A stretch of DNA of 54,262 nt from Candidatus Uhrbacteria bacterium (GCA_016206085.1 JACQSF010000002.1:1-54262); one strand, 5' to 3'. Counted from the stretch's first letter, positions 33,902 through 44,074 are shown. The notes: generated by a model from the letters alone, not told the origin. Numbers and translations are program-made.

Positions 33902-35161
33902 ATGTCTGAAGAAGTTTACACAGGGCTTGATGTAGGAACTTACGCGATTCGGGTCGCCGTAGGCAGACTCGTGCCCTCACCAGAAGGCGCCGAACAAATC
34001 CATATTATTGGTGCTGTTGAAGTTCCCTCGGCTGGAGTGAGCAAGGGGACGATTACGAATCTTGAAGACGCCGTTTCGTCAATCTCACGGGCACTGGAGC
34101 AGGCTGAGCGCATTACAGGAGTCCCCTTGAGCAAAGCCTGGGTAGGGATCAATGGGAGCCATATTCTTTCTCAGGAATCCCGAGGCGTGATTGGTGTTGG
34201 ACGTAGTGATGGAGAAATTCGGGACGAGGATGTGGAACGATCTATCGAAGCTGCTCGGACGGTCGCTACGCCAACCAATTATGAGATCATTCATGTCATC
34301 CCCAAGAGTTTTACTGTGGACGGGCAGCGTGGGGTGAAAGACCCTGTGGGGATGAATGGCATCCGTTTGGAGGTCGATGCGATTATTATTCAAGGGTTGG
34401 GTTCCCAGATTAAAAATCTCACCAAAGCAGTCTATCGTACAGGACTAGACATTGAAGATTTGGTATTCTCGATTCTGGCGACGGCAGAAGCGGTTGTTTC
34501 TGAGCGGCAAAAAGAGCTTGGAGTCTGCGTGGTAAATGTTGGAGCATCAACAACAAGCTTGGTTGTTTACGAAGAGGGAGATGTCTTACATACAGCCGTA
34601 TTACCGATCGGTTCTGATCATGTCACGTCGGACATTGCCATTGGGCTGCGGACTTCCATCGAGGTCGCAGAACAGGTCAAACTGCATTATGCAACCTGTC
34701 TTCCCGATGAGGTTCAGAAGAAAGAAGAAATCAATCTGGGAGAACTTGGGGCACTAGAAGAGGAGATGGTAGGTCGTCGATTTGTTGCGGACATTACCGA
34801 GGCGCGCATTCAGGAAATTTTTGAGCATGTCGACCGTGAACTCAAGAAGATCGATCGCTCAGGCATGCTGCCGGCTGGCATCATTCTCACCGGAGGTGGG
34901 GCAAAGCTTAGTGGAATTCTAGATGCCGCTAAGGCCGCATTGCGACTGCCTGTTTCACTGGGAACACCCATCGGTGTGACCAGTGTGATTGACCGGATGA
35001 ACGATCCAAGTATGAGTACGGCTATAGGGCTCGTGCTGTGGGGTCAGCACATACGTGGTTCAGGGGGACGTGGAGGAATGGGAGATTTGTTTTCTCACTT
35101 TGGAGACATGAATAAAATCTCTTCTAGAATCAGAAAAATTTTTCAGTCACTGAAACCCTAA
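33902..35161 (+). CDS. ftsA: Cell division protein FtsA
   Basis: GLDVGT, VDGQRGVKDPVGM, NVGASTT, GSDHVTSDIA, LTGGGAKL. Confidence 0.96.
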   Translation: MSEEVYTGLDVGTYAIRVAVGRLVPSPEGAEQIHIIGAVEVPSAGVSKGTITNLEDAVSSISRALEQAERITGVPLSKAWVGINGSHILSQESRGVIGVGRSDGEIRDEDVERSIEAARTVATPTNYEIIHVIPKSFTVDGQRGVKDPVGMNGIRLEVDAIIIQGLGSQIKNLTKAVYRTGLDIEDLVFSILATAEAVVSERQKELGVCVVNVGASTTSLVVYEEGDVLHTAVLPIGSDHVTSDIAIGLRTSIEVAEQVKLHYATCLPDEVQKKEEINLGELGALEEEMVGRRFVADITEARIQEIFEHVDRELKKIDRSGMLPAGIILTGGGAKLSGILDAAKAALRLPVSLGTPIGVTSVIDRMNDPSMSTAIGLVLWGQHIRGSGGRGGMGDLFSHFGDMNKISSRIRKIFQSLKP

Positions 35162-35184
35162 GGAGATAAGGGGGCTCGAAACGG

Positions 35185-35214
35185 AAAAAAGAGGTTGTGT
35201 ACAACTTCTTTTTT
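35185..35214. terminator. Putative terminator between ftsA and ftsZ
   Basis: AAAAAAGAGGTTG-tgta-CAACTTCTTTTTT. Confidence 0.6.
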
Positions 35215-35220
35215 GTTTTC

Positions 35221-35248
35221 TTGACACTCGAAGGCACGGTGTTAAAGT
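35221..35248 (+). promoter_or_regulatory. Putative ftsZ promoter
   Basis: TTGACA-16 nt-TAAAGT. Confidence 0.45.
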
Positions 35249-35323
35249 GTTGAATGATTTTTGTGCTCAGTGAAGCAAATTTTGAGCAAATTAATTGTTC
35301 AAGCACATAATAATCTTGTTCAT

Positions 35324-36538
35324 ATGGCGCAGGTAAAACCGGATATTGAGACCTTTGCCAAGATTAAAGTGGTTGGTATTGGAGGAGGAGGGGGTTCGGC
35401 GGTTAATCGCATGATCTCAGATAATATAAAAGGGGTTGAATTCATTGTCATAAACACGGATGTTCAGGCACTCAACCAGAACCTGGCTGTGCGCAAGATT
35501 CCGATTGGAAAAACGTTGACTCGGGGACTTGGAGCCGGAATGAACCCTGAAATTGGATCCCGTGCCGCGGAGGAGAACCAAAACGAAATCCGGGAAGCAT
35601 TGTCCGGTGCTGACATGGTGTTTCTTACCTGTGGCCTTGGGGGCGGTACTGGCACGGGAGCTATTCCAGAAGTGGCAAAGCTCGCCAAAGACATTGGTGC
35701 GCTCACCGTGGCCGTGGTGACCAAACCGTTTACGTTTGAAGGAGCTCAACGTCGACGCATAGCGGACGATGGGTTTGATCGTCTCTTACAACATGTCGAT
35801 GCCATTATTACCATTCCCAACGATCGTGTTCTCCAAATCATCGACAAGAAAACTTCCCTCATGGATGCCTTCAATGTGGTGGATGATGTATTGCGCCAAG
35901 GGGTGCAAGGCATCGCCGAACTTATTACCGTTCCAGGATTGATCAACGTTGATTACGCGGACGTCAAAGCAATTATGGAGAGTTCCGGCTCCGCGTTGAT
36001 GGGGATTGGACGCGCGACCGGGGAGAATCGAGCTGTGGAAGCAGCCAAGCAAGCAATTGCGAGTCCGCTTTTGGAACTTTCCATTGACGGCGCCAAGGGA
36101 ATTCTGTTTACGATTTCAGGTGGAGGTGACCTGGGGATGCATGAAGTTGCGGAGGCTGCCAAGGTTATTACCAGTTCCGCGGACGAAGATGCAAAGGTGA
36201 TTTTTGGAGCCACCATTGATGACGGGATGAATGAAGAAGTGCGTATTACGGTGGTCGCCACTGGATTTGATTCCCGCGAGCGTCGAACCAAAGCTCCGGG
36301 CACGGTCGAAGTTCAGGCGCAGAGCACATGGTCTGCCCCACAAAGCCAATACCTGCGTATGCGAGAGGAGGAACCAGCCTCCTTGCGACAAAAGGTTAAT
36401 TTTCAAGCTCCAGTTGAGCGACCAGCTCCCGTGAAAGTGGAAGCTCCACCAAAAGCTCGTCCTATTCCAACACCCATACAGACCAAGGAAGAAGACGAGA
36501 TTGAGATCCCGGCCTTTATTCGCAAGAAAATGATGTAA
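35324..36538 (+). CDS. ftsZ: Cell division protein FtsZ
   Basis: [24 protein letters not shown] tubulin motif, [10 protein letters not shown]-terminal IPAFIRKK. Confidence 0.98.
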   Translation: MAQVKPDIETFAKIKVVGIGGGGGSAVNRMISDNIKGVEFIVINTDVQALNQNLAVRKIPIGKTLTRGLGAGMNPEIGSRAAEENQNEIREALSGADMVFLTCGLGGGTGTGAIPEVAKLAKDIGALTVAVVTKPFTFEGAQRRRIADDGFDRLLQHVDAIITIPNDRVLQIIDKKTSLMDAFNVVDDVLRQGVQGIAELITVPGLINVDYADVKAIMESSGSALMGIGRATGENRAVEAAKQAIASPLLELSIDGAKGILFTISGGGDLGMHEVAEAAKVITSSADEDAKVIFGATIDDGMNEEVRITVVATGFDSRERRTKAPGTVEVQAQSTWSAPQSQYLRMREEEPASLRQKVNFQAPVERPAPVKVEAPPKARPIPTPIQTKEEDEIEIPAFIRKKMM

Positions 36539-36544
36539 GAAGAA

Positions 36545-36571
36545 GGCGACTCCGCACGCGGGGTCGTTTTT
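36545..36571 (+). terminator. Intrinsic terminator after ftsZ
   Basis: GCGACTCCGC-ac-GCGGGGTCGT followed by TTTT. Confidence 0.65.
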
Positions 36572-36614
36572 GGTATACTAGTGCAACTGAGAGCTATGTA
36601 TTTGCGATAGACTT

Positions 36615-37079
36615 ATGTATTGCGCTGTTTGTAACCATAAAGATACTAAAGTCGTTGATTCCCGTATTTCCACGGATGGCGCCTCTGTGCGTCGTCGGCG
36701 TGAGTGTGAAAAGTGCGATTTTCGATTTTCTACCCTTGAGGAGGTCGAGCTGTTGGATCTCACAGTGGTGAAGCGGGACGGTCGACGAGAGGCCTATTCT
36801 CGAGAGAAGATGACTCGTGGATTGGAAAAATCTTTGGAGAAACGACCGTACACCGATCAGGCATTCCAAAAACTCGTCCACAAGATCGAGCGTGACGTAC
36901 AGAAAAAGCGCCGTGGTCAGCTCACGACCCAGGAACTTGGGGAGATTCTTATGAAACATCTAAAAAATTTCGACAAAGTGGCCTATATCCGGTTTGCTTC
37001 TGTCTATCGTTCGTTTGAGGACGTGGGGGCATTTGAATCCGAACTTAAGAAACTCAAAAAGAAGACGAAATATGGATGA
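36615..37079 (+). CDS. nrdR: Transcriptional repressor NrdR
   Basis: CxxC...VVDSR...RRRRECxxC, ATP-cone, DKVAYIRFASVY. Confidence 0.96.
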   Translation: MYCAVCNHKDTKVVDSRISTDGASVRRRRECEKCDFRFSTLEEVELLDLTVVKRDGRREAYSREKMTRGLEKSLEKRPYTDQAFQKLVHKIERDVQKKRRGQLTTQELGEILMKHLKNFDKVAYIRFASVYRSFEDVGAFESELKKLKKKTKYG

Positions 37080-38292
37080 GTCAAAAAAATCCGTTACGCA
37101 AACCCTCTTTGTGATCGGGCTTGCGATTTCAGCGATCCTTGGTTCTGTTGCGGGATCTTTGACAACGTTTTTCTTGACCTCTCAGTTGGGATCGTTTGCC
37201 CTGTTTGATCCTTCTTCCACATTGAGTCCCGAAGCGGTTGAGTCCCGTATTGTGGAGTTGATCGAGGAAGAAAGTGCGACCATTGCCGTGGTAGAGCGTG
37301 TGACGCCGGCGGTCGTGAGTATTGTTGTGAAAAAGGAGCGGAGAGAGCTTCAAAGTGGGTCTTCGAGTTTTTTTGGGGGAGGATATTTTTTTACCGAACC
37401 GCTTGATAACTCGAGCGCGGCTGAGTTAGTTGAGATTAGTAGTGGAACGGGATTTTTTGTTACCCAGGATGGATATCTTCTTACCAATCGGCATGTGGTG
37501 GATGAAGAAGGGACTTCATTTTTTGTTGTGACCAATGATGGAGAGGAACTCCCAGCAACTCTTGTTGACGTCGATCCACTTCAGGACATCGCTATTTTGC
37601 GTGTTGAAGGCGACGCCTTTGCCACAGTCACTCTGGGGGACTCGGGTGACATTCGTATTGGTCAGACCGTCATCGCGATCGGGAACACGCTTTCTGAATT
37701 TCGAAATACCGTAACAAAAGGAGTCGTTTCAGGGATCAATCGTCGGGTGACTGCTGGGGACTCATACAATGCCGAGGTGATCGATCAAGCCATTCAAACA
37801 GATGCAGCGATTAACCCAGGAAACTCAGGAGGTCCGCTCATCAATTTGTTAGGCGAGGTGATTGGGATAAACACCGCGGTAAGCTTTCAAGGTGAGTCAG
37901 TAGCATTTGCGATTCCGATCAACGAGGCAAAACGTGCGGTGGAGGACGTACAAACCTATGGTCGGATTATTCGTCCCTGGCTTGGTGTGCGCTATGTGCT
38001 TGTCACACCAGAGGTGGAACGCGACGTTGAAGGGACGTATGAGGTCGGAGCTCTTATTGTCTCAGGTGGGCAACCTGGAGAGGTTGGAGTTTTTGAAGGA
38101 TCCCCCGCCGACTTAGCAGGACTGAAGGAGGAGGATGTGATTTTGGCGATTGATGGGGAGGAATTGACTCAGGATCAAGCCCTGGCGGAACGTATTTCTG
38201 ATTACCGGCCTGGAGATAGGGTAGTGCTTACGGTCTTGCGTGGAACAGAAATCATGGAAGTGGAAGTTCTATTAGCCGAGTACGGCGAATAA
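37072..38292 (+). CDS. htrA: HtrA/DegP-family serine protease with one PDZ domain
   Basis: N-terminal [10 protein letters not shown] (His), DIAIL (Asp), [10 protein letters not shown] (Ser), PDZ. Confidence 0.93.
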   Translation: MDESKKSVTQTLFVIGLAISAILGSVAGSLTTFFLTSQLGSFALFDPSSTLSPEAVESRIVELIEEESATIAVVERVTPAVVSIVVKKERRELQSGSSSFFGGGYFFTEPLDNSSAAELVEISSGTGFFVTQDGYLLTNRHVVDEEGTSFFVVTNDGEELPATLVDVDPLQDIAILRVEGDAFATVTLGDSGDIRIGQTVIAIGNTLSEFRNTVTKGVVSGINRRVTAGDSYNAEVIDQAIQTDAAINPGNSGGPLINLLGEVIGINTAVSFQGESVAFAIPINEAKRAVEDVQTYGRIIRPWLGVRYVLVTPEVERDVEGTYEVGALIVSGGQPGEVGVFEGSPADLAGLKEEDVILAIDGEELTQDQALAERISDYRPGDRVVLTVLRGTEIMEVEVLLAEYGE

Positions 38293-38294
38293 TT

Positions 38295-39356
38295 ATGACG
38301 AGACGAACGCATATCGTGTGTACGATCGGCCCTGCAAGTGAAAAGCCGATCATGCTGAAAAAAATGATACGTGCAGGAATGGACGTGGCTCGACTCAATT
38401 TTTCACACGCGACACAGATGGATCATGCACGACTTATTCGATCGATACGTGTGGCAGCAAAAAAGGCTAAGAAGCATGTGCCCATTATTGGTGATCTTCA
38501 AGGTTCAAAAGTTCGTCTTGGAAAGCTTCCAAACACAGGGGTTCCCCTTGCGCAGGGAGCATCTGTGACCTTTACGACCGCAACAGAGGCATATGCCGTT
38601 GGAAGGCTCCCCGTCACCTACAAATCGTTGCACAAGGATGTGAAAAAGGGTGAGAGGGTTTTCATTGATGACGGAATGTTCGAGCTTGTTGTAACACGCG
38701 TCATGGGTCGAGATATTCTGACCAAGGTCGTGAATGGTGGAAGGGTGACTTCCTTTATGGGGATGAATTTTCCTGATTCGACTCTCAAGATTTCAGCCAT
38801 CACCGTAAAGGACAAAACAGATGCCGTATTTGGGATAAAAAAGGGAGTGGATTGGATTGCTCTTTCGTTTGTGACCAGTGCTGCTCCGCTGCGCACGCTT
38901 AGGCAACTCATCAAGAAACACACTCCCAAGGGAAAGCCGCTGGCACGAGTCATTGTAAAAATTGAGAAACAACAAGCCATTGAGCATTTTGAGGAGATTC
39001 TGAACGTGACTGATGGGATCATGATCGCTCGCGGTGATCTTGGAGTAGAGATCGACCAAGAAGAGGTGCCTATTCGACAAAAGGAGTTGATTCACGCATG
39101 TCGGCATGCGAATAAGCCTGTTATTATTGCCACCCAGATGCTAGATTCCATGATGTATCATCTACAACCAACTCGCGCGGAAGTCTCTGATGTGGCAAAC
39201 GCGGTGTTTGATTGTGCAAGTGCCGTGATGCTTTCGGGAGAATCAGCCACAGGATCGTATCCGCTGCAGGCCGTGAAGATGATGGCGAAGATTGTGGAAG
39301 AAGCTGAAGCGTCATGTTACGATGATCAATGTGAACATCAAACGGTTGAATTTTAA
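38295..39356 (+). CDS. pyk: Pyruvate kinase, short form (353 aa)
   Basis: [49 protein letters not shown]. Ends shortly after the barrel. Confidence 0.95.
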   Translation: MTRRTHIVCTIGPASEKPIMLKKMIRAGMDVARLNFSHATQMDHARLIRSIRVAAKKAKKHVPIIGDLQGSKVRLGKLPNTGVPLAQGASVTFTTATEAYAVGRLPVTYKSLHKDVKKGERVFIDDGMFELVVTRVMGRDILTKVVNGGRVTSFMGMNFPDSTLKISAITVKDKTDAVFGIKKGVDWIALSFVTSAAPLRTLRQLIKKHTPKGKPLARVIVKIEKQQAIEHFEEILNVTDGIMIARGDLGVEIDQEEVPIRQKELIHACRHANKPVIIATQMLDSMMYHLQPTRAEVSDVANAVFDCASAVMLSGESATGSYPLQAVKMMAKIVEEAEASCYDDQCEHQTVEF

Positions 39357-39410
39357 AATCCACCGTTTCATGATGTGAGGACTATCATTGACCGATCTCT
39401 GGGGGATGAT

Positions 39411-39848
39411 CTAAAGATCCTCAATGGAACGGTCAACCGTTGTTCCGCCATATTCATCTTGGGAAATGTACCAGGCTTCGCAGCGTGGATCCAAACAGGC
39501 TTGGAGGGCAAAGACGTATTGCTTTCCGGGTTCCAGTCCGTCCAGATCCAAACTCAGGCGGTCGTGCTCTCCAGATTCTTTACGTAGGAGCGTTCCATCT
39601 GCGTTGCTGATTGTGATGACAAAATGGTTGTATGGTTTTTCTGGTGCGTGCCAACGAAACGTGAGAGTAGTTGAAGGGGAACGTTCAAATGGAAGGATCT
39701 GTATTTGAGGATCCCAGGTATCAGAGGCTTTCTCGTACAGATCCATGTGAATTTTCCCAGTTGAATTGATCTGGGGTTGGGAGAACCACCACGCATAGCC
39801 GGAGATTCCGGCAGTCAACACGATCGCTAAAACAATGAGATATTTCAT
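39411..39848 (-). CDS. Membrane-anchored fibronectin type III-like domain protein
   Basis: N-terminal hydrophobic helix; LTFRWHAP...Y..F.I...LDGLEPGKQYVFALQAC is an FN3-like pattern. Confidence 0.75.
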   Translation of the reverse strand: MKYLIVLAIVLTAGISGYAWWFSQPQINSTGKIHMDLYEKASDTWDPQIQILPFERSPSTTLTFRWHAPEKPYNHFVITISNADGTLLRKESGEHDRLSLDLDGLEPGKQYVFALQACLDPRCEAWYISQDEYGGTTVDRSIEDL

Positions 39849-40344
39849 ACAGGGAAATGTTAGCACTAGATTCTTGTAAAAGAAAACCCTCCTGGTTCAC
39901 GAGAGTCAGGGAGGGTCGTGAGAAGGAGTCCGTGGTGGGGTAGATTGGCGTACCACACCAGTGCGTGCATGGGTCGATTCCCATTACTTGTTTGCCCAAG
40001 GGGGGAGAACGCTGATCCCCAAGGCCATCGCAAACGCTCCAAAGGTCACCTCTGTGTCACGATCGAACAACACAAGGGGTTACGGTTATGGTGCATCCTT
40101 GCGGACGCTCCAAACCGTGCCAGCAACGATGGAGCAACAGAACTCTGGTTCTTAGGAAGAGTTTGGCTACAGCCATGGCCGTGTTTTGGAATAGAGTGGG
40201 AGATTGGCAAGCTCTGGCTGCTCGCGCTACACTCCACACGGTCGTGACCACCACACACACGTTGAGGTTTCCCCCAACCGGACAGCAACGGCAGGGTAAA
40301 CAAAAGGACAAAAAAAAGCAAGGTGGTTCTGGTCGACGGGTTCC

Positions 40345-40373
40345 TTGCAGCGCTTTTTGGGCTATGCTATTCT
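40345..40373 (+). promoter_or_regulatory. Putative tRNA-Asp promoter
   Basis: TTGCAG-17 nt-TATTCT with a TGn extension. Confidence 0.55.
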
Positions 40374-40391
40374 TTTGTCGTTGTTAATGAT

Positions 40392-40469
40392 GGATCGGTG
40401 GTGTAGCCCGGTTAACACGTCTCCCTGTCACGGAGAAGATCGAGGGTTCGAATCCCTTCCGATCCGCCA
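40392..40469 (+). tRNA. tRNA-Asp(GTC)
   Basis: GGATCGG acceptor, TCTCC-CT-GTC-AC-GGAGA anticodon arm, GAGGG-TTCGAAT-CCCTT T arm, CCGATCCGCCA. Confidence 0.96.
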
Positions 40470-40549
40470 GAAAAACACTTCTTCTTTGTAAGAGGTGTTT
40501 TTCTTTTTGGTTGTGTGAAATTTTCGAGTTCCAACCAAAGGTGCTTAGG

Positions 40550-41221
40550 TTATCTTGAGAATATTTTTTTCAAATCACGAACTTCTTTTTCCGTGAGATG
40601 TCGAAAGTTTCCTTCTGGATAGGTTGTAGGCATTTTAAGTGTCCCGATGCGAGTACGCATGAATTCTAGCACGCGATACCCCAACTCTTCACAGGCCTGA
40701 TGGATTTCTCGCTGGTGGTTCTCCCTGACCACGATCGCACATCGGCTCGGGGAGAGGAGCCGTGTTTTCCCGATCTTCCCAAGTCGACCGACATCCACGG
40801 GACGCAGGGATGGCTCAACGTCAACGACGTATTCCTGTTCAATTTGATATTTGGGGTTGATCAGACGACTCGCCAGTGTGCCGTCATTGGTAAGTAAAAG
40901 TAAACCCGTCGTTTGCGGATTCAATCGACCAACAGGAAACACACGTTCAGGAACATCGATGAGCTCCATGACGTTTCGTTCAACCCCACTCTTGGTCGTA
41001 TACCCGATGGGCTTGTGCAGGAGGATGTATAGATTTTTTTTGTGGACTTTTTTATCACGTCCTAGCACGCGCACGTCATCATTTTCGTTCACCACATCAC
41101 CAAGATGTGCCTGTGCTTCGTTAATAAAAACCTTCCCAGCCTTTATCAATCGATCCGCTTCTCGGCGAGAGCAGTAACCATTTTCGGCCAGGTATTTATT
41201 GATGCGTGTGGTTTGAGACAT
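40550..41221 (-). CDS. RsuA/RluB/RluF-family pseudouridine synthase homologue with catalytic Asp replaced by Asn
   Basis: S4 domain RINKYLAENGYCSRREAD, LLHKPIGY, FPVGRLNPQTTGLLLLTNDG. Confidence 0.9.
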   Translation of the reverse strand: MSQTTRINKYLAENGYCSRREADRLIKAGKVFINEAQAHLGDVVNENDDVRVLGRDKKVHKKNLYILLHKPIGYTTKSGVERNVMELIDVPERVFPVGRLNPQTTGLLLLTNDGTLASRLINPKYQIEQEYVVDVEPSLRPVDVGRLGKIGKTRLLSPSRCAIVVRENHQREIHQACEELGYRVLEFMRTRIGTLKMPTTYPEGNFRHLTEKEVRDLKKIFSR

Positions 41222-41310
41222 ATCGGACGAATTGTAGCACACATGAAAATCTATCTCCGTGAACTTCTTGTGATATCATAGGTGCCTATTCATAGTGAGC
41301 CTGTCGAACT

Positions 41311-41661
41311 ATGCCAAGCCTTGAAGACATTTATCATCGCCTTGAGAAGAATAAAAAACGTCGGAAAGAGATAAACAAGATGCTCAAAGATGAGCTGTCA
41401 CACGCTTCTCGCTATCAGGAAATCGTCGACGAGATCAAGACCCTGCGCGAGGAAAAGAAGGGGATCGAGCAGGATGTGCGAGCCGGGAACTCAGACATTG
41501 CCGAGCTTGAGGAGTTGAAGGTGGAGATCGAAACAGATCAAGAACTTCTCGCCGATCAAGCACTGAACATGTACGTCAAAAACGAAACGGTTGAGATTAA
41601 AGATGAATACGACCAGACTTGGTACCCTGTGTTCAAGGTGAATTTTAAGAAGTCAAATTAA
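41311..41661 (+). CDS. Hypothetical coiled-coil protein
   Basis: 116-aa charged helical ORF filling the intergenic space. Confidence 0.75.
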   Translation: MPSLEDIYHRLEKNKKRRKEINKMLKDELSHASRYQEIVDEIKTLREEKKGIEQDVRAGNSDIAELEELKVEIETDQELLADQALNMYVKNETVEIKDEYDQTWYPVFKVNFKKSN

Positions 41662-41701
41662 ATACCACCCTGCGTTGGGTGGTTCGTGGACCTCGTGGAG
41701 G

Positions 41702-42106
41702 TCACTTGGGCTCGGGGTGTTCCTCGAACGCGGACCACACGAAGTGGTCGACCGTGTAGGTGCCGGTGGCGAGGTACTCGCCCTCGTCACAGCGAAGGAT
41801 GTACTTCTCGCCGACCTTCGGCCTGTTGCCGTTCAGGAAGGTGCAGCCGGTGGGGTCGGCCGTGCTGGCTGCGGGTGCCTCGGCTGCGGGAGCGGGCGGT
41901 GCGGCGTCGGCCCCGGGCTCCTTGCTCGCCTCGGCTGTGGGAGCGCCCGGCTCGGCTGTGGACGTGGCGCTGGCCATCTGGGTCTGGTTGTGGCTGTTCT
42001 GCCACCAACCGGCGAAGGCCAACGCGGCGATGAGGAGGAATGCCATTGCACCCATGATCATGGGAATCCAGCTTCCGCTGGAATTGGTCTCGGTCGGGTC
42101 AGACAC
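41702..42106 (-). CDS. Membrane-anchored protein with Pro/Ala linker and a small two-Cys domain
   Basis: SD AAGGAG plus GTG at 42106, one TM, PAPAAEAP linker, GC3-rich codons. Confidence 0.75.
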   Translation of the reverse strand: MSDPTETNSSGSWIPMIMGAMAFLLIAALAFAGWWQNSHNQTQMASATSTAEPGAPTAEASKEPGADAAPPAPAAEAPAASTADPTGCTFLNGNRPKVGEKYILRCDEGEYLATGTYTVDHFVWSAFEEHPEPK

Positions 42107-42176
42107 TTTTCTCTCCTTTTTTTTCGCCTCTTGTTGAGGCGTGGCTGGGGTAAACTCGATATGGAATCGAGCGGTG

Positions 42177-42205
42177 AGACTATCAAAAGTCCCATTTCTT
42201 GTCAA
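42177..42205 (-). promoter_or_regulatory. Putative sigma70 promoter
   Basis: TTGACA-17 nt-TAGTCT with a TGn extension, just after the rplT terminator hairpin AAAACGCC-tccg-GGCGTTTT. Confidence 0.65.
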
Positions 42206-42240
42206 AGGACGTGTGGAACGTAAAAACGCCCGGAGGCGTT

Positions 42241-42585
42241 TTACTTTGTTTTCTCAACGATATTCTTGAACACGACTTCGTGACTTTGCGCAATCTGCGA
42301 GAGGACCTTTCTATCCAGGGTTATGCCGGCTTTCTTGAGACCATCCATGAATCTAGAGTAGCTGGTTCCAAGAGGTCGAAGGGCAGCGTTGAGACGAACT
42401 TGCCAAAGACGGCGATTGATTCGTTTCTTATTGCGGCGGTCGCGGAAGGCGTTGACGCCGGCCTTGAGCATGGCTGGACGGGCGAGACGGATCTTGGACT
42501 TGCGTCCCCACATCATGCCCTTGGTCTTTTCCATCAAGCTCTTGCGACGCTTGACATGCTGTGTTCCACGTTTGACTCGAGGCAT
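42241..42585 (-). CDS. rplT: 50S ribosomal protein bL20
   Basis: MPRVKRG...FRDRRNKKR..RRLW..RLNAA...YSRFM.GLKKAGI.LDRKVL. Confidence 0.97.
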   Translation of the reverse strand: MPRVKRGTQHVKRRKSLMEKTKGMMWGRKSKIRLARPAMLKAGVNAFRDRRNKKRINRRLWQVRLNAALRPLGTSYSRFMDGLKKAGITLDRKVLSQIAQSHEVVFKNIVEKTK

Positions 42586-42586
42586 A

Positions 42587-42787
42587 TTATTGGCTGTTTG
42601 GCATCAGTGTCTTAATCGCTCGTCGGTGGGCGCTGGAGAATGTCTTGTCCTGGCGCTTGCTGCGAGTGGTCTTTCCTGATTCTCGTCCGTTGAAGTGATC
42701 CTGTCCGGCTGTGCGCTTGAGCACTTTGCCAGTCCCAGTGATTTTTACGCGGGAAGAGAAAGCTTTGTGAGTTTTTTGTTTGGCCAT
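42587..42787 (-). CDS. rpmI: 50S ribosomal protein bL35
   Basis: KQKTHKAFSSRVKITGTGKV...AGQDH; lies between infC and rplT. Confidence 0.93.
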   Translation of the reverse strand: MAKQKTHKAFSSRVKITGTGKVLKRTAGQDHFNGRESGKTTRSKRQDKTFSSAHRRAIKTLMPNSQ

Positions 42788-42835
42788 AAGAGGTTTCAAA
42801 ATGCGGCGAAAGTGTATCGATAAGGTGGCTTTGTG

Positions 42836-43387
42836 TCAAGCGCGGGCGACGATCATGGTGAATCGGCCAGCCAGGTACTTTGCCTCTTGCTCGATGCGCA
42901 CAGGATACGTCTCCTTTACCTTTGCAAGGAATTGATCCATGACCTGCTGCGCGACATCGCGGTGAGCTTTCTCTCGTCCGCGCAGGGGGAGCTCCACACG
43001 GATCTTGTCACCTTGTTCAAGAAACTTGAGCGCCTGGTTGAGACGAACTTGGAGATCGCCCACGCCGATACGGACAGAAAGGCGGATGCCCTTGATATCG
43101 ACTTCGGCAGATTGTGCCTTGCGCTTTTTCGCTTCTTTTTCCTTCTGGTACTTGAACTGACCGTAGTCGAGGATTTTACACACAGGTGGCTCAGCCTTTG
43201 GGGAAACTTCAACAAGGTCCATTTCTTTGGCCTCAGCAAGTTTAATAGCTTCCTCCGTGGGGAGAACACCCAAGGCTTCACCCTCGGCCCCGATCAGGCG
43301 GACTTCAGGGGATTTAATCTTCTGGTTCACCCGATATTGGGGGACATCCAGGGTGGGTCTTCGGATCCGATGGCGATGAATACGCAT
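42836..43387 (-). CDS. infC: Translation initiation factor IF-3
   Basis: RVNQKIKSPEVRLIG, DLVEVSP...PPVCKILDYGQFKY, RGRE. Confidence 0.96.
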   Translation of the reverse strand: MRIHRHRIRRPTLDVPQYRVNQKIKSPEVRLIGAEGEALGVLPTEEAIKLAEAKEMDLVEVSPKAEPPVCKILDYGQFKYQKEKEAKKRKAQSAEVDIKGIRLSVRIGVGDLQVRLNQALKFLEQGDKIRVELPLRGREKAHRDVAQQVMDQFLAKVKETYPVRIEQEAKYLAGRFTMIVARA

Positions 43388-43398
43388 AGATGTGGAAG

Positions 43399-43427
43399 AG
43401 TATAAGAAAAAAGATGGAAAATATCAA
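43399..43427 (-). promoter_or_regulatory. Putative infC operon promoter
   Basis: TTGATA-17 nt-TATACT; predicts a very short leader. Confidence 0.55.
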
Positions 43428-43461
43428 GCAATCGACTATACTGATATTCGTTCACATTCAA

Positions 43462-43558
43462 GAGCTGACAGACAAGATTTGTGAACGACGGTGGAGGGGA
43501 GGTCACTTTTTAGCCCGACCCGGCTCCGCCGTCGAGAACAAATTTTGTCTGTCAGCTC
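43462..43558. repeat. ~97-nt imperfect inverted repeat upstream of smpB
   Basis: Arms GAGCTGACAGACAAGATTTGTGAACGACGGTGGAG and CTCCGCCGTCGAGAACAAATTTTGTCTGTCAGCTC. Confidence 0.8.
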
Positions 43559-43573
43559 GAGCGGATTACGTTT

Positions 43574-44020
43574 ATGCCCACACTCGCTATCAACAAAAAA
43601 GCCCGATTCGACTATGAAATCCTTGATACGCTTGAGGGTGGGTTGAAATTGACGGGCGCAGAGGTGAAGAGTGTGAAGGCGGGACACACGCAGCTTAAAG
43701 GGGCGTTCTTGCATATCCAGGGCGGGGAGCTTTGGCTCAAGGGAGCTTTTATCGCTGCGTACAAACCGGCGGGGAAGCAAGAAGACTACGACGCGAACCG
43801 CGACAGGAAGGTGCTTGTTCATCGCCGTGAGTTGAGTCGACTGGTTGGGAAAAAGGGTCAAGAGGGGCTCACACTTGTGCCATTATCGATTTATACAAAA
43901 GGGGATTTGGTGAAACTCGAATTCGCGGTTGCTCGAGGAAAGAAACAGTACGAGAAACGTGAGGCTATTAAGAAGCGAGATATTCAGCGAGATATTCGCG
44001 AGAAACTCAAGGGGAATTGA
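43574..44020 (+). CDS. smpB: SsrA-binding protein SmpB
   Basis: NKKARFDYEI, G.EVKSVKAG, RDRKVLVHRREL, GLTLVPL, ARGKKQYEKRE. Confidence 0.97.
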   Translation: MPTLAINKKARFDYEILDTLEGGLKLTGAEVKSVKAGHTQLKGAFLHIQGGELWLKGAFIAAYKPAGKQEDYDANRDRKVLVHRRELSRLVGKKGQEGLTLVPLSIYTKGDLVKLEFAVARGKKQYEKREAIKKRDIQRDIREKLKGN

Positions 44021-44074
44021 ATGAACCCTTGATTTTTTTGCGAAAAAGGAGTATTCTCACGCTCGGAGGTAATT

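Noticed and set aside
39925-39990. tRNA remnant upstream of tRNA-Asp
   Set aside because: Only a T-arm-like hairpin with a 6-nt loop; no acceptor or anticodon arms could be built.
43462-43558. SRP RNA or L20 leader
   Set aside because: Lacks the SRP helix-8 GGAA/AGCAG motifs, and lies upstream of the predicted infC promoter.
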